A stretch of DNA of 64,000 nt, taken from positions 390,048-454,047 of the forward strand of contig NW_008246070.1 in the NCBI RefSeq assembly GCF_000281045.1, in the 5' to 3' direction. This DNA is from Saprolegnia diclina VS20 (Eukaryota). Shown in pieces: positions 37,120 to 48,229 of the stretch (positions within the stretch are counted from its first letter, which is position 1; each line of letters begins with the position of its first letter). Under the pieces are notes generated by a model. It saw only the letters and a list, made by a program, of their open reading frames with translations. It was not told the DNA's origin and searched no databases. A program made the position numbers and the translations under genes.

Positions 37120-38085
37120 CTATCTGTCTGGCCCGTGGGGTGGACTCGACGGTGGTCGCTTCCGGCACACGAGCACGCGGCCGCACTTGTAGTAGCGCGA
37201 GAGATGGTCGCGCGGCGTCGTGGTCGGGAGCATCGTCGTGCCCATCGAGCGCACATTGTCCGAGAAGGCGCACACGTGCGACCGCTTCATGCGCCCGCAC
37301 TTGACGCAATTGTAGATCGTACGCGGGTTGCTCTTCTTGGTGACGCCGATGTGGGACGCCGCCGGCAAGACGCGCTTGGGTGGTACCACGTGCACGAACG
37401 GCAGAAAAAACGACGTCGGGGGATCCGGAAACGCACGTGGCGGCGCCGGCAGGTCGCCGACGGGTGGCTTGGCCTTGAGCTGTCGATGGCGCGGGTCGTG
37501 CAACGCCGGTGCTATCCCCGTCTTGTCTGACAGAGGCTGCAGTAGCGGCGCGACGAGCGCAAACGCATCGTCGCCCGAGTCGCTCGCGTCCGGTGCCAAG
37601 TAGTCGCGATCGAGCGATTGACGGAGGCGCGAGCTGTCCTCTGCCTGTCGCGTGAGGATCTTGTTTCGGACGCGGGCCAAGAGCGTGTCGAGGCGATGCT
37701 CCTTGGTCACGGGTACTGGTGGCAGCGCTGGCGCGAGGAGCGCGTCGAGACGGGATGGTGCAACGGCGCGCGGCGACTCGTGGTCGCTGGACGAGCTTTC
37801 CGTGGGCACGGATATGGTCAAGTGGTTGTGGCGCTTGCGCTTTGCATGCTTTGGCGTCGTTATCCACGGGTACGGTACCGGTGCTGCCAGTTGTATGTAC
37901 AGCGGCTCGCCGGCGTCGGCGCGCTCGTCGACCACAAAGTACAAGTCGCCGGTCGACGACGGCAGCCCGTCGTTGGCATCGTCATCGTCCTCAGTATACA
38001 GCGCCTGCCCTCCGGCGAAGCCATATGCATCCGCGTCCATGGCGGGCACCACCGGCGGCGGACTTGCCGCTGGCCGCTGGAACAT
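37120..38085 (-). CDS. Low-complexity protein with a C-terminal Zn-knuckle (YNCVKCGRMKRSHVC)
   Basis: ORF from the ATG at 38085 with a CxxCGxxKxxHxC motif at about 37270-37314. Confidence 0.65.
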   Translation of the reverse strand: MFQRPAASPPPVVPAMDADAYGFAGGQALYTEDDDDANDGLPSSTGDLYFVVDERADAGEPLYIQLAAPVPYPWITTPKHAKRKRHNHLTISVPTESSSSDHESPRAVAPSRLDALLAPALPPVPVTKEHRLDTLLARVRNKILTRQAEDSSRLRQSLDRDYLAPDASDSGDDAFALVAPLLQPLSDKTGIAPALHDPRHRQLKAKPPVGDLPAPPRAFPDPPTSFFLPFVHVVPPKRVLPAASHIGVTKKSNPRTIYNCVKCGRMKRSHVCAFSDNVRSMGTTMLPTTTPRDHLSRYYKCGRVLVCRKRPPSSPPHGPDR

Positions 38086-38400
38086 GCGACCTTGAAGCAA
38101 AAAAGGATCCTACTTTAATTCGCACGTGCCATAGGACATGCGCCGGTGCACGTTTCGTCAACGGCGTGAATGCCTTGCATACAAACATCCAGTGTATTTT
38201 ATTGGCCGCGGTCCCAACGCGAGTATATTTTTTTTACCAAACCGGAATTCTTGGGGAAAGTAACTCAAAATAATCTTGCAACGACTGCACAGAGTTCGTT
38301 AATTCCCCCACGACCTTGAAGTTGGCTGCGGCCGCCACTAAAAAACATTGGTTCATACAGGCCGTTTGTATACAATTAAAAAAAAGAACGTGGCCGTGGA

Positions 38401-38440
38401 TATCCGGATACGGAATGGATTTTCGGGCACGTATCCGGAC
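38401..38440. promoter_or_regulatory. TATCCGGATA palindrome cluster in a divergent promoter
   Basis: tatccggatacggaat...gtatccggac. Confidence 0.45.
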
Positions 38441-38715
38441 CGCACCTCGTTTTGCATTCGTTGAAGTCGTGAGTACTTGTTGGTTTTGAGAACTTCAGCT
38501 TGCTTGACGCGGCAGCCTGGACGTCCTTGAAGCGCGCTCTCCGACCCTCCGCAAACTTGGTGGCCTCAACGAGCAGCTCTGTCGTTGCGCCACGTACTAG
38601 CACCATTGCCCTGCCGCCGACGCGCCTCGAAGACGCTCCACGGACTGCGACAGCCGCCGAGTCGGCCATACGATCCCGTCGCCCACCGTCGCCACAACTT
38701 CAACTCGCCCAACCC

Positions 38716-39780
38716 ATGTTGAGTCTGCGCGCGGACCAGCCCAGCATGTCCTTGCCAATGCCATCGTCCACAGCAACAACGTCGACATCACCGACGTCGC
38801 GGCCCTTTCTGAGCCTGCCCAAGCCGGCGGTCGTCGTCCGGAAGTCCAAGCCGCCCCATTATCTTATGCACCCGCTCGACGAGATCCCGTCGTACGCGAC
38901 CCATGCATCGCGGAGCGACTTTGTGCCCGAACCCGAGAGCGTCGAAAACCCCCTGTACACAGCGTCGCCGACGGCCGAGTCGCGCACCGAAGAAGACGAG
39001 TCGTCCGACGACACGACGCCCGACGACGAGCAAGACACAGCGTGGGTGCAGCGCGCGCGGCCGTTTGCAAAAAAGCGCCGCGCGCTGCTCACCCCCAAGG
39101 GATCGGGCGACCGCCACGCGCCGCAGCGAACACCACCGCCACGCGCCGCCTCCCAGCGCGCCGCGGCCAAGCCGCTCGTGGACCCGCTCAACGAGAAGCG
39201 GTCCACGAAGAGCAAGTGTCCGCCGGGTCTCCGCTCTGGCAAGTGGACGCCCGAGGAAGAGAAGTTCACCAACACGATGATCCACTACTTCCGGCTCGGG
39301 CTCCTCGACATTGAAGACGGCACGTCACTGCGGTGGTACCTCAGCAAGAAGCTCAACTGCGAAGCGATGCGCGTGACCAAGAAGCTCAAGGGCAACAGCT
39401 CGATCGGCAAGCAGATCTTCCGCGCGCTCGACTCGTCGAGTGTCACGGAAGCGTCCGTGCGCGAGGCCACTGAGACGCTGCGCGTGCTCGAAGAAGAGTT
39501 CTTCTCGTCGCTCGCGTACAAACCGCCGCCGAATGGTGCGGCCAAGGAGGTTGCGCCGCCACAAGCGAACAGCAAGCGACCAAAGCGTGCCAAGCCCACC
39601 GTCGCGCCCGAGCCGCCTTTGCCGATGGTTGTCGAGGACGAGCTGCCAAGCGAGCCAGCCAACCCGGAGGCCGAGCTCCTCTTGCATTTTTGCCTCTCGG
39701 CGCACCGTGGCGAGAAGCGGTCCGTGGACGTTGCCGGCTTGGACGACGACGACGACGACGACGACGGCGACGAGTCGTGA
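38716..39780 (+). CDS. Stramenopile-type Myb/SANT-like transcription factor
   Basis: LRSGKWTPEEEKFTNTMIHYFRLGLL..DGTSLRWYLSKKLNCEAMRVTKKLKG (39229-39393), with disordered flanks and an acidic tail. The first ATG is at 38716. Confidence 0.75.
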   Translation: MLSLRADQPSMSLPMPSSTATTSTSPTSRPFLSLPKPAVVVRKSKPPHYLMHPLDEIPSYATHASRSDFVPEPESVENPLYTASPTAESRTEEDESSDDTTPDDEQDTAWVQRARPFAKKRRALLTPKGSGDRHAPQRTPPPRAASQRAAAKPLVDPLNEKRSTKSKCPPGLRSGKWTPEEEKFTNTMIHYFRLGLLDIEDGTSLRWYLSKKLNCEAMRVTKKLKGNSSIGKQIFRALDSSSVTEASVREATETLRVLEEEFFSSLAYKPPPNGAAKEVAPPQANSKRPKRAKPTVAPEPPLPMVVEDELPSEPANPEAELLLHFCLSAHRGEKRSVDVAGLDDDDDDDDGDES

Positions 39781-39839
39781 GTAGATCAGATAGCGTAAAT
39801 AACACCACCACATAAAGCCACAACTAGTACATTAGCTGT

Positions 39840-41071
39840 TTACGACGTTGCTGGCAGCGGCTTGGCCGACCACGCGAGGAGCCACTTGAGGTTCGTGAGA
39901 GCATTCTTGGAGGCTTTGGTCCACGCTTCGTCGTCGCGAAGGAACAGCAGTGAAAAGTTGCCCACGTCCGAGGCTGTAATCTACAAGCATCGTCGAGCAC
40001 ATGCAGAGGTCGCGGGAAGAACCTTGTACGGAAGTCGGAAGCTCAGGTCGCGCTCGAGGACCCACGTCTCGAGATGACCGAGGCAGTCGAGCCACGCGGC
40101 GATGCCGAGGTTGAAGAAGCTCTCGGGGAAGGCGTCTTGGTCCGACCCGTGCCTAATAGCCTCACGTCACGAGCGCGAATAGGAACACGAGCGTCGTACA
40201 GGTGGTACTCCATCTCGGGTCGCTGCAGCCGGATCACTTTGGACGCATTCCCGAGCGGGACGAGGCGGTATCTACAGGCGACTTGAAGACGTGGCGCTAG
40301 CGACAAGGGTCACCTGTGAAAGGCGACGCCGAGACACTCGGCAATGTGCTGCAATAGCAGCGTCGCTTCGCCCCACGCCGCGTTGATCTCGTGCCAGTCC
40401 GTGTGCTGCGTCGGCAGGCGGCCCATCGAGAAGCCGTTGATCGTCCCGAACGGGCCCTTGTGCCAGATGTAAAAGGCGTCGCTCGCGACGTTCAGGCGCC
40501 GGATCGCCCGCGCGCGCTGCTCCATCGTGGCCACGCGCGCGATCTCCATGTCGCGAAGCTCGCGCTGCGCCGCCAGTGCCCACATGCGGTCGTCAATCGA
40601 CGCCCACACGGCCATCTCGTCGTACTCGAGCTCGGCCATCTCGAGCTCAAGGCGCTCGAGGTCGGCTTCGATGCGCACTCGCTCGTCGCGCATCGACTGC
40701 ATGAGGCGATCATGATGGGTGCGGCGCCGGACCGGCGGCGGCGACTTGGTCTTGGGCGTTGACGAGAGGAAGGATGCCAGCACCCGCTTCTCGTAGCGCG
40801 CGTTCTCGTTGTTCTTCTCGAGCATCGTCGTGAGCAGATGGAGGCAGTCGGTGCAGAACGCCTGCGGCGACGTCAGCGAGGCCGTCGCCACACCGTCCGC
40901 GACAACATGCAGGCGCTGCATCTTCTTGACGTGCGAGCTCACGTCGGCGTGGCTCAAGGAGGCGTCGCGCGTCGACATGGCCGGGTTCATCGCGCTCGCG
41001 TGGACATTGACGTACGACTCGTCGAGGCTGGCGTTCGAGCCATGCTTGCAGCGGACGCAGTAGTCGCTCAT
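39840..41071 (-). CDS. ATG6: Beclin-1/ATG6/Vps30, multi-exon
   Basis: FYIWHKGPFGTINGFSMGRLP...WHEINAAWGEATLLL, YRLVPLGNASKV, FNLGIAAWLDCL, FRLPYKI and WTKASKNALTNLKWLLAW. N-terminal CxxC pairs. Confidence 0.92.
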
Positions 41072-41238
41072 GGATCGTTCTGCCACAAGGCCATGTGGTT
41101 TCTGCGGGCGAAATTCGGACACATCCGAATCTCAACATTTGAAATTCGGCTAAAGCGGGGGAAGGGTCCCCCCCCCAAGGGTCTACATGCTCTTGACTAT
41201 TTCGGGTTGCCTGTTTAAAGTAACGCCATACTAGCTAA

Positions 41239-43122
41239 ATGCTGGTAACGCGGGTGCTGCCGTACGACGACCCGACGCGACAATCTCAGCAAGCGTGGAA
41301 GCTCGGCTCGGGGCTCGTACTGGCGCTGGTCTACTTGGCCTTGGCTACGTTGGTGGCGTTGAGCACGTACACGCTCTCCACGATTGCCAACACGCCACTC
41401 TTCATGGGGCTCAACCTCCAGACGTTCACGAGCAACCAATTCAACGTCCCGATCAACGTCGTGCTCAAGGGCGAAACGGCGCTTCCGCTCGCATCGACGC
41501 AGCCCTTGGACGCGACGCTGTCGCTCAGCACGCTGCTCTACAAGCTCTGCAAGAAGGACGACCAGGCGTGCGCGGCGTCGTTTCTCCCGTCGTCCAACGA
41601 GATCTGGCGCAGTGTGGTCAAGGCTCTGGCGTTGATTCCCAGCTTTGACCAGCCACTCTTCCAGGACCCGACCCAGACCGTTGTGATTTCGCACATCAAC
41701 AACCTCAGCGGCTGGAACAAACCCATGGCGCAGATGTACATATCGGGGCACGACATGGCGATCACGTGCATGGTGCGCCGCGCGAGCTTCTACGTCGCAA
41801 CGTCATCGCCATCGACGGCCGTCATCGACTCGGTAGTCTTTTGCTCGCAGCGCAAATTTGATCCGAACTGGGTTTGTGAGAACGACGTCTCGGAGGACGC
41901 CAACACGTACGCGCTTCGTATCGGCAAAGGCGAAGCGAGATACCTTGGCGTCGCGCCGCGCAGTGACGTGTACATGAACCCAGGGTACCTCGCCACGTTC
42001 CGCAACGAGGCGGCGACCGTGCGCCTCAATACACTGACCTTCTTTGACGAGTACCAGTACGGCATGCTTCGCACCTTTGCGCCGTGGGACCTCCTCCCCG
42101 CGGTGAGCTGCGCGACTTTCAACACCGAGACGGGGCTTGGTTGGCTCTTTATGTGCAAGGGACTGGTGACCATGATCTGGGAGAGCGATGCGCTCATGCT
42201 CTCCAACAGCGCCGTGCTCTGGCTGCTGACCGCGTACCTCGTGGCGCTGCAGCTCGTCTTCTTGCGCCATAGCGCCATCTGCAGCGTGCCCGTCTACATG
42301 TCCAAGACCGTTGTCGGTCTCGCCATCCTCTTTGTGAGCTTTTACGGCAACATGAACCTCCAGGCGCTGACGACGTACTTGTCCATGAAGCCCAGCGCTG
42401 AAACACCCAAGTACTACAAGTGGCTCGGCGCCGCGCAACTGGCGTCGATCGTCGGCATCATGACAGGGCCGCTTATCCAAATGTGGTTCAACCCGCGACT
42501 CGTGACGCAAACGTGGCTCCTTCTGGTGTTCAGCCTCGTCAACTGGAGTCTGGTGTTTGTGCTCGAGGCGTTTGTGTTTCCAGCGAGAAGCCGCATCGTG
42601 CCGGGACCATGTTACCATGCCTCGTCGAGCAACTGCTTTGCGTTCGATGCGATCGCGCATACGTACTACGCGTCGGCCATCGCGTCGGCCAGTGTCGTCA
42701 TCGTTGCGATCCTCTGCGTCAACGTCCACTCGTCGTACTGCAAGAGAGACAAGGTCAAGGCGGCAGCGACCAACTCGGTGCTTGGGTACCTCGAGATCAG
42801 TGACTTGTCGAGCGTCCTCACATCGCCCCACGGGCTCCTCGTGTCGACGGCCGACGGAGCCATTGGCATCGACCACGGCGTCCTGCTCGTCAAAAACATG
42901 CTCCAAGTGTCCGACATGGTGCTGACACGGACGTCCAACGTCCAGTACGAGCTCATTTACCGCTTGCTTCCAACGACCTTTCTCAGAACGCTCTTCAGCC
43001 GTTCGATCGGCTCGATTCGCATCGTCTCTGTGGATCGAACCCGGATTCTGCGTCAATCCAGCTTCAAGCACTTGCACGAAATGGACCTCGGGTCGCGCCA
43101 CTGGTCCCCGTACTTTACGTGA
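41239..43122 (+). CDS. Lineage-specific multipass membrane protein (627 aa)
   Basis: Intronless. One N-terminal TM, a Cys-containing ectodomain of about 270 aa, about 5-6 TM segments and a cytosolic tail. Confidence 0.75.
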   Translation: MLVTRVLPYDDPTRQSQQAWKLGSGLVLALVYLALATLVALSTYTLSTIANTPLFMGLNLQTFTSNQFNVPINVVLKGETALPLASTQPLDATLSLSTLLYKLCKKDDQACAASFLPSSNEIWRSVVKALALIPSFDQPLFQDPTQTVVISHINNLSGWNKPMAQMYISGHDMAITCMVRRASFYVATSSPSTAVIDSVVFCSQRKFDPNWVCENDVSEDANTYALRIGKGEARYLGVAPRSDVYMNPGYLATFRNEAATVRLNTLTFFDEYQYGMLRTFAPWDLLPAVSCATFNTETGLGWLFMCKGLVTMIWESDALMLSNSAVLWLLTAYLVALQLVFLRHSAICSVPVYMSKTVVGLAILFVSFYGNMNLQALTTYLSMKPSAETPKYYKWLGAAQLASIVGIMTGPLIQMWFNPRLVTQTWLLLVFSLVNWSLVFVLEAFVFPARSRIVPGPCYHASSSNCFAFDAIAHTYYASAIASASVVIVAILCVNVHSSYCKRDKVKAAATNSVLGYLEISDLSSVLTSPHGLLVSTADGAIGIDHGVLLVKNMLQVSDMVLTRTSNVQYELIYRLLPTTFLRTLFSRSIGSIRIVSVDRTRILRQSSFKHLHEMDLGSRHWSPYFT

Positions 43123-43492
43123 AGAGGCAAGAGCAACAGCAAGGGTCGATAACGCCGTTCATACTTCATTAACCTTGGTGCAGACATGGGCGTCCACAAT
43201 ACAAGAAATATGGCGACTGCATCCTGTCAACAACACGTCTGGAACCAAGGAAATAAGTGCGTATTCCTTGCTTATAGATCCCTGGCAGCGGCGTGACGCG
43301 CTGAGAGTCACCGTAGCTGTTGTGCGAGTTCATGACGCGACCACTGCGCAAGCTGCATGTGCTCGCAAGAAAGCTTGTCGTCCGAGGCTGTGTCGCTGCC
43401 ACGTGGACACCAAAAGATCGCATCGCCACCAATCACGTGCTGTTATTTCTACGATTTTAGCCAATCACAGCACTTTATAATTCGAAATTGGC

Positions 43493-45080
43493 ATGACCGG
43501 CGGCGTCGCGGGTGGCGAGCTGCGCGCAGCGACGGGCAGCATCTACATGCTCGAGCGCGCGTTCGACTCGATGGACGCGCTCACGTCGCTGGACAAGCGC
43601 GCAGGCCTCCACGTGATGAACGTACCACTCGGCCACGACGACGACGACGACGAGCGCGACGTCCTTGCGCACCGCCGGTACCATTGGAACCGCAAATGCA
43701 GCCTCTCGTTCGTCGAGACCAAGACGTTCATCCCGTACCGCACCATGGCCGAGACGCCTCGGTCGGCCAAGCAGCCCGATGTGTTTGTCTTGCACAACGT
43801 CCTCAACTACGTCTTTGTCTACCCGTTCCCGTCGTTTGAGGTGCGAGATTGCACTTTGCAAAGGATGACGCCGCCGCGTAGGCGCCGGTGGACGTGATGC
43901 GCTTCAACAGCACGCCCATTTGCCACGACTTTCGCCTTCCGATGCTACCGACGCAGCCCACGAACGTCGTCCTCGCGCTACTCTCGTCCGACATCGTGGT
44001 CTTGGACCCGCTCCACGGCCTCGACACCTACTCGCACCACAACCGCGGGGTAATGACTGCTTAAAAGATAGCATTGCTGTACAGACTGCGTAGGGCCAAA
44101 TCTGTGCCAGCCCCGTGACCACCGTCAAGTGGGTCGGCCAAAGCCACACTGAGTTTGTCGTTGCGCACGAGTCGGGCGACCTCTTCCTGTACGACCATAC
44201 ATGGAGAGACGAGTCAATCGCGAGCCTCGTGAGCGAAGAGAGTCCGGACTTTCCGATTCGGAGCCAGCGCGAAGACCGTGTGAACCCGACGTTGCACTGG
44301 AAGGTGTCGGGCTCGGCGATTTATGACGTGGCCTTCTCGCCCCATGGCAAGTACCTTGCGCTTGCGGGTCGGGACGGGTCGCTGACCGTCGTGCAGTTTC
44401 ACTTGCAGCGGTGCTACTCGCCTATCGTATCTCGGAGCGCCCTCTATTGTATGGCTGCTGTAGGAAAATTGCGCTCATGAAGAGCGTGTTTGGAGCACTC
44501 ACGACGCTTGCGTGGAGCCCCGACAGCAACTACCTCCTCGTACGACCGTCCAAGGACCAAGAAGCCTCTTATATGTGTTTAGTCGGGCGGCCAAGACGAC
44601 TGCGTGACGCTCTGGAGTCTTCGCCACAACGCTGCCATCGTTCGCTGCGAAGGTCACCGCTCGTGGGTACGACGCCATCTCGCTCCTCACGGATTGACCA
44701 CCGTGTAGGTCACGAGTGTTGCATTCGACGAGTGGTTTTGCTCGCCGCAGCACCTGCGCTTCGGCTCGGTCGGCGAAGACGGCATGCTCTGTCTCTGGGA
44801 CGTGCCCATACTAAGCGACGTACTGCATCCTTCGTCATTGACGCGTGTCGCTAACGAGAGGTAGGTCGACGAGACCTCGGCGGTGGCCTGTCGCATTCTG
44901 TCGGCACCGACGCTGACCGCGACGCTCTATGAAGGGCCCGCGACGCACGTGGTTTTTCGAGCCAAATCGATTGCCGTCAGCGCACGCGACGGCGCGGTGC
45001 GGGTCTACGCGCGTCCGCCAAACGACTGCTTTCCCGAAGAGATCCTCGCGCAAAACATCCCGTCGTACAGTATCAACTAA
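43493..45080 (+). CDS. WDR20/DMWD/CreC-like WD40 protein, multi-exon
   Basis: AIYDVAFSPHGKYLALAGRDGSL, MKSVFGALTTLAWSPDSNYL, GGQDDCVTLWS, RCEGHRSW/VTSVAFD and RFGSVGEDGMLCLWD. Confidence 0.85.
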
Positions 45081-45111
45081 GCTCACATTGCTTGCTTATA
45101 TTGCGAAGACG

Positions 45112-46568
45112 CTATCTTCGCGCCTGGACGGCAATGGTCGTATGTGGGCGCACGGCAAGCGCATTTCGTCGGTGCACCGATATGTCGGGCGCCGACTGAA
45201 CGTTGCGTGGGTCCGCCGTGAGCGCTCGGCGCCGCTGTAAGCTTGCGTAGAGCTCACTCGAGCTGTGCATGAGGTCGTGCTTGTGCAGCGACTCGACGCT
45301 CGAAAAGTCGGCTTTCACAAATGTCCACTCGGTTGGTGCCGAGTGAATCCGGTTGAGCGCCGGCGACGACCGAAAGTGATCCGCAAGCGACGGCGTCGGC
45401 TTGGGCTTCTTCTTGACCCACGTGCCGCCGCCGTGGCGCACGGGGGTGAACGCGGGGGGGGCGGGGGCTGGTATCGTTGTGAGGACAACAGGTGTATGCG
45501 CCTTGGCGTGGGCTTGCAGCAATCGCGCTTCCACGTTCGCCCGGCGCGTCGCTTGGCGCACTTCTTGCAGCTGGACTTTGAGCAGCTCCATGTGGGCGCG
45601 AGCGTCTTTTTTTTGCTGGCCTGCCATCCGCGCCGCGTTCGCGTCCGCCTCCTTTTGGAGCGCGCTCGCCAAGAGCGCTTGAATCTCGGGTGTGAATCTA
45701 CGTACGTATTGCGGAAGACACTTAAGTAGACAGCGTACGTGGCATTCTCCTCGGCCAGCGACGGAAACTAGAGCACGAAACTGTATATTTTCACGTCCAG
45801 GTGCGTGTACCTTGAGGCAACTGGCGCGTCGCCGTGGGGCGGCCACGCGGGCCTTGCTGTCCAGCAAGAGCGTCACCAAGTCGGCGCGGCCGAGCCGGGC
45901 TGCAAGCAAAAGCGGTGAGACACCGACCTGCAGCATCCGTCGTCACACCATGGCAGAAGTGACTGCGTACCGAGTCGCAAAGGTCGACGTTGGCGCCATT
46001 GACGAGGAGCCAGGCGGCAATGTTCAGATAGCCCTTCTGAATCGCTACGTACAAGGGGGTTTGGTGCACCTAGTCTTGCAACCGTTGCGAGATGTCGTCA
46101 TCGATGTATCGTATAGGACCTTGTTGTACGCGTTGACGTCGCCGCCGTAGAGGAGCACGATCTCCATGGTTGCCACGTGCTTGGGTGTCCCACCCGGCAC
46201 GTCGGGGCAGCCCCTGATGGTGTTACCTGTCGAGCTATTGCAGGTAAAGGTGCGTACCTTGCGGCGCAGATCATGGGCGTGTCATCGCGTTCCTAGAGCA
46301 CTTGCATACTTGGGGCGTGGATACCGCTACGTACGTAGGTATCGTCCTCCTCAAAGCACTTTTCATTCGGGTCGCCGCCCTTCTTGAAGTAAATACTCGC
46401 GACGTGGTGACGCGCCTTGGCGCACGCGTGGTGAATAATGATAAGCGGGTCCGGAATATCTACGACACCGAGTCGGTCACCAAGGCCTTGTGTGGCCAAC
46501 GTCGTACCGACGTAGCCCGCCGAGACATCGGTGGGGTCAGTGAAGTAGTCGCTCACGGCAGCCCCCAT
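45112..46568 (-). CDS. Ankyrin-repeat protein with a possible N-myristoylation site, multi-exon
   Basis: TPLYVAIQKGYLNIAAWLLVNGANVD and GVSPLLLAARLGRADLVTLLLDSKA. It starts MGAAVS; exon boundaries are partly uncertain. Confidence 0.7.
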
Positions 46569-47225
46569 GAGTCATAAACGTTACGCGCGTACACCTCGAA
46601 ATAGGCTCTGGCGTTGATTCGCGTGAACGCGACGGCTGCTTGACGTAGCAGACTCACGAGCTCGGCGTATTCTGCTGTTGCCCAATCTCCGCCCAGCGCA
46701 ATCGAGCAGGCGCAACGGACGCTGGGAGACAGGTCCCGTGGCGCTGGCCTGTGTGCGTGCACTGGTCGCAACGAGTTCAAATGACTGCAACCACGCGCGC
46801 TGCAGTCGGAGCGAGTTGGCACTCTTAGAGAAGCTAAAGAGCCTTTCTCGAGGCAGACAAGAAAGCGTGGTGCGCACCGAAGCGGATGCCCCCTGCTAAT
46901 GCCGACGTCTACTGCCATCGCCGCTACGGCCGGTGGCAGCTACCCAACGCAGTTGACGCGTTTGTCGTGGGTGCATTTGCGGAACAAAATCTATGTTGCC
47001 AGTTGTAAACGATAGCACATCAAGCTCAAGTTATTTTCCAAGGTCATGCTGCCCAACTGTCAATATCACAAAAGGCTGAGAACAGCAGTGGATGGTGGCC
47101 CACCGAAAAGTACGTTGCGATTGCGATGCAACGGGACGGCCAATGGCATCGTCGCGTAACCGAGCCGGTACGGAGGTTGACCACGCACGTTTGCTTCTGG
47201 CGCTCTTGCGAATCCACTTTTCAAA

Positions 47226-48190
47226 ATGGTACGAGTCGACTATGCGCAGTCCCGCGCCTTCCAAGCCGCCTACAAGATCTTCTACCCGCTCTACGAACGC
47301 TTCTACGACTGGCACCTTGAAGGTCTCGCCGCACCCAACGTGTCTCCTGTAGCTTCCTCTAGGTCAAGAGAACATCCCCAAGGAAGGTCGTCTTCTCTAT
47401 GTCGGCTACCACTCGATCCACAACCACGACCTCTTCCCGAGCGCAGCAGGCATCTACGAAGCAACGGGCGACCTCCCGTGTGCTCTCGTGCACACTGTAG
47501 TCATGTTTTTCTTGGGTCCTTCACCAGCCGAAGTAATCCGCGCTCATGGTGGCGTAGGTCCATTCCTGCGTATGGTCGGCGGCATCTCCGGCACGCAAGC
47601 TAATGCGATTGCCATGTACGACGCCGGGCGCAACTGTATGTGCATCCCAGGCGGCGGCGAAGAAGCGATGCTCGGCTTCGAGTCTGCGTACACACTTCTC
47701 TGGTACCATCTCGCGAGCTTGTCCACGCCACATGGCGTGTTGGTGTAGGAAGAGCAGCTCGGGGCGCGACCGCCGCGGCTTTGCAAGGCTTGCGCAGCAC
47801 GTGGGCGCGACGATCGTGCCGTACGTGACGCGGAACGGCGAAGAAATGTTCTTCAACGTCTTTGGGTACACGTGGAATCTATTGGGACTCTCGCGCGCCT
47901 ACGCAGCGCTCACGGCGGCGACGCCCATGCCATGGCGCTGGGTTCTGATTCACTTGCGCATGTACGTGTGGTTTGTGGTCTGGACCTTCTGGAGCCTGCC
48001 CGTGCCGGTCCGCGCCGGCCTCGTCTTTGGCGAGCCCATCGTGCCGCGCGACGGCGAGTCGGACGCAGAGCTCGCTGAGCGCGCAAAGGCGAGTCTCCAA
48101 GCGCTACTCCGCCGCGTCAACCCGGGCGGCGTCAGCTACCGGCGCGGGCTCCTCCAGCGCTACCACGCAATCAAAGCCTACAAGTACTAG
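47226..48190 (+). CDS. TMEM68/DGAT2-like acyltransferase; 3 introns
   Basis: ENIPKEGRLLYVGYHS, IPGGGEEAM...YTLLW, RRGFARLAQHVGATIVPYVTRNGEE and FGEPI. Confidence 0.8.
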
Positions 48191-48229
48191 TAGACTATTA
48201 CGGATATATTGACAAACACAGAAAAAAGG

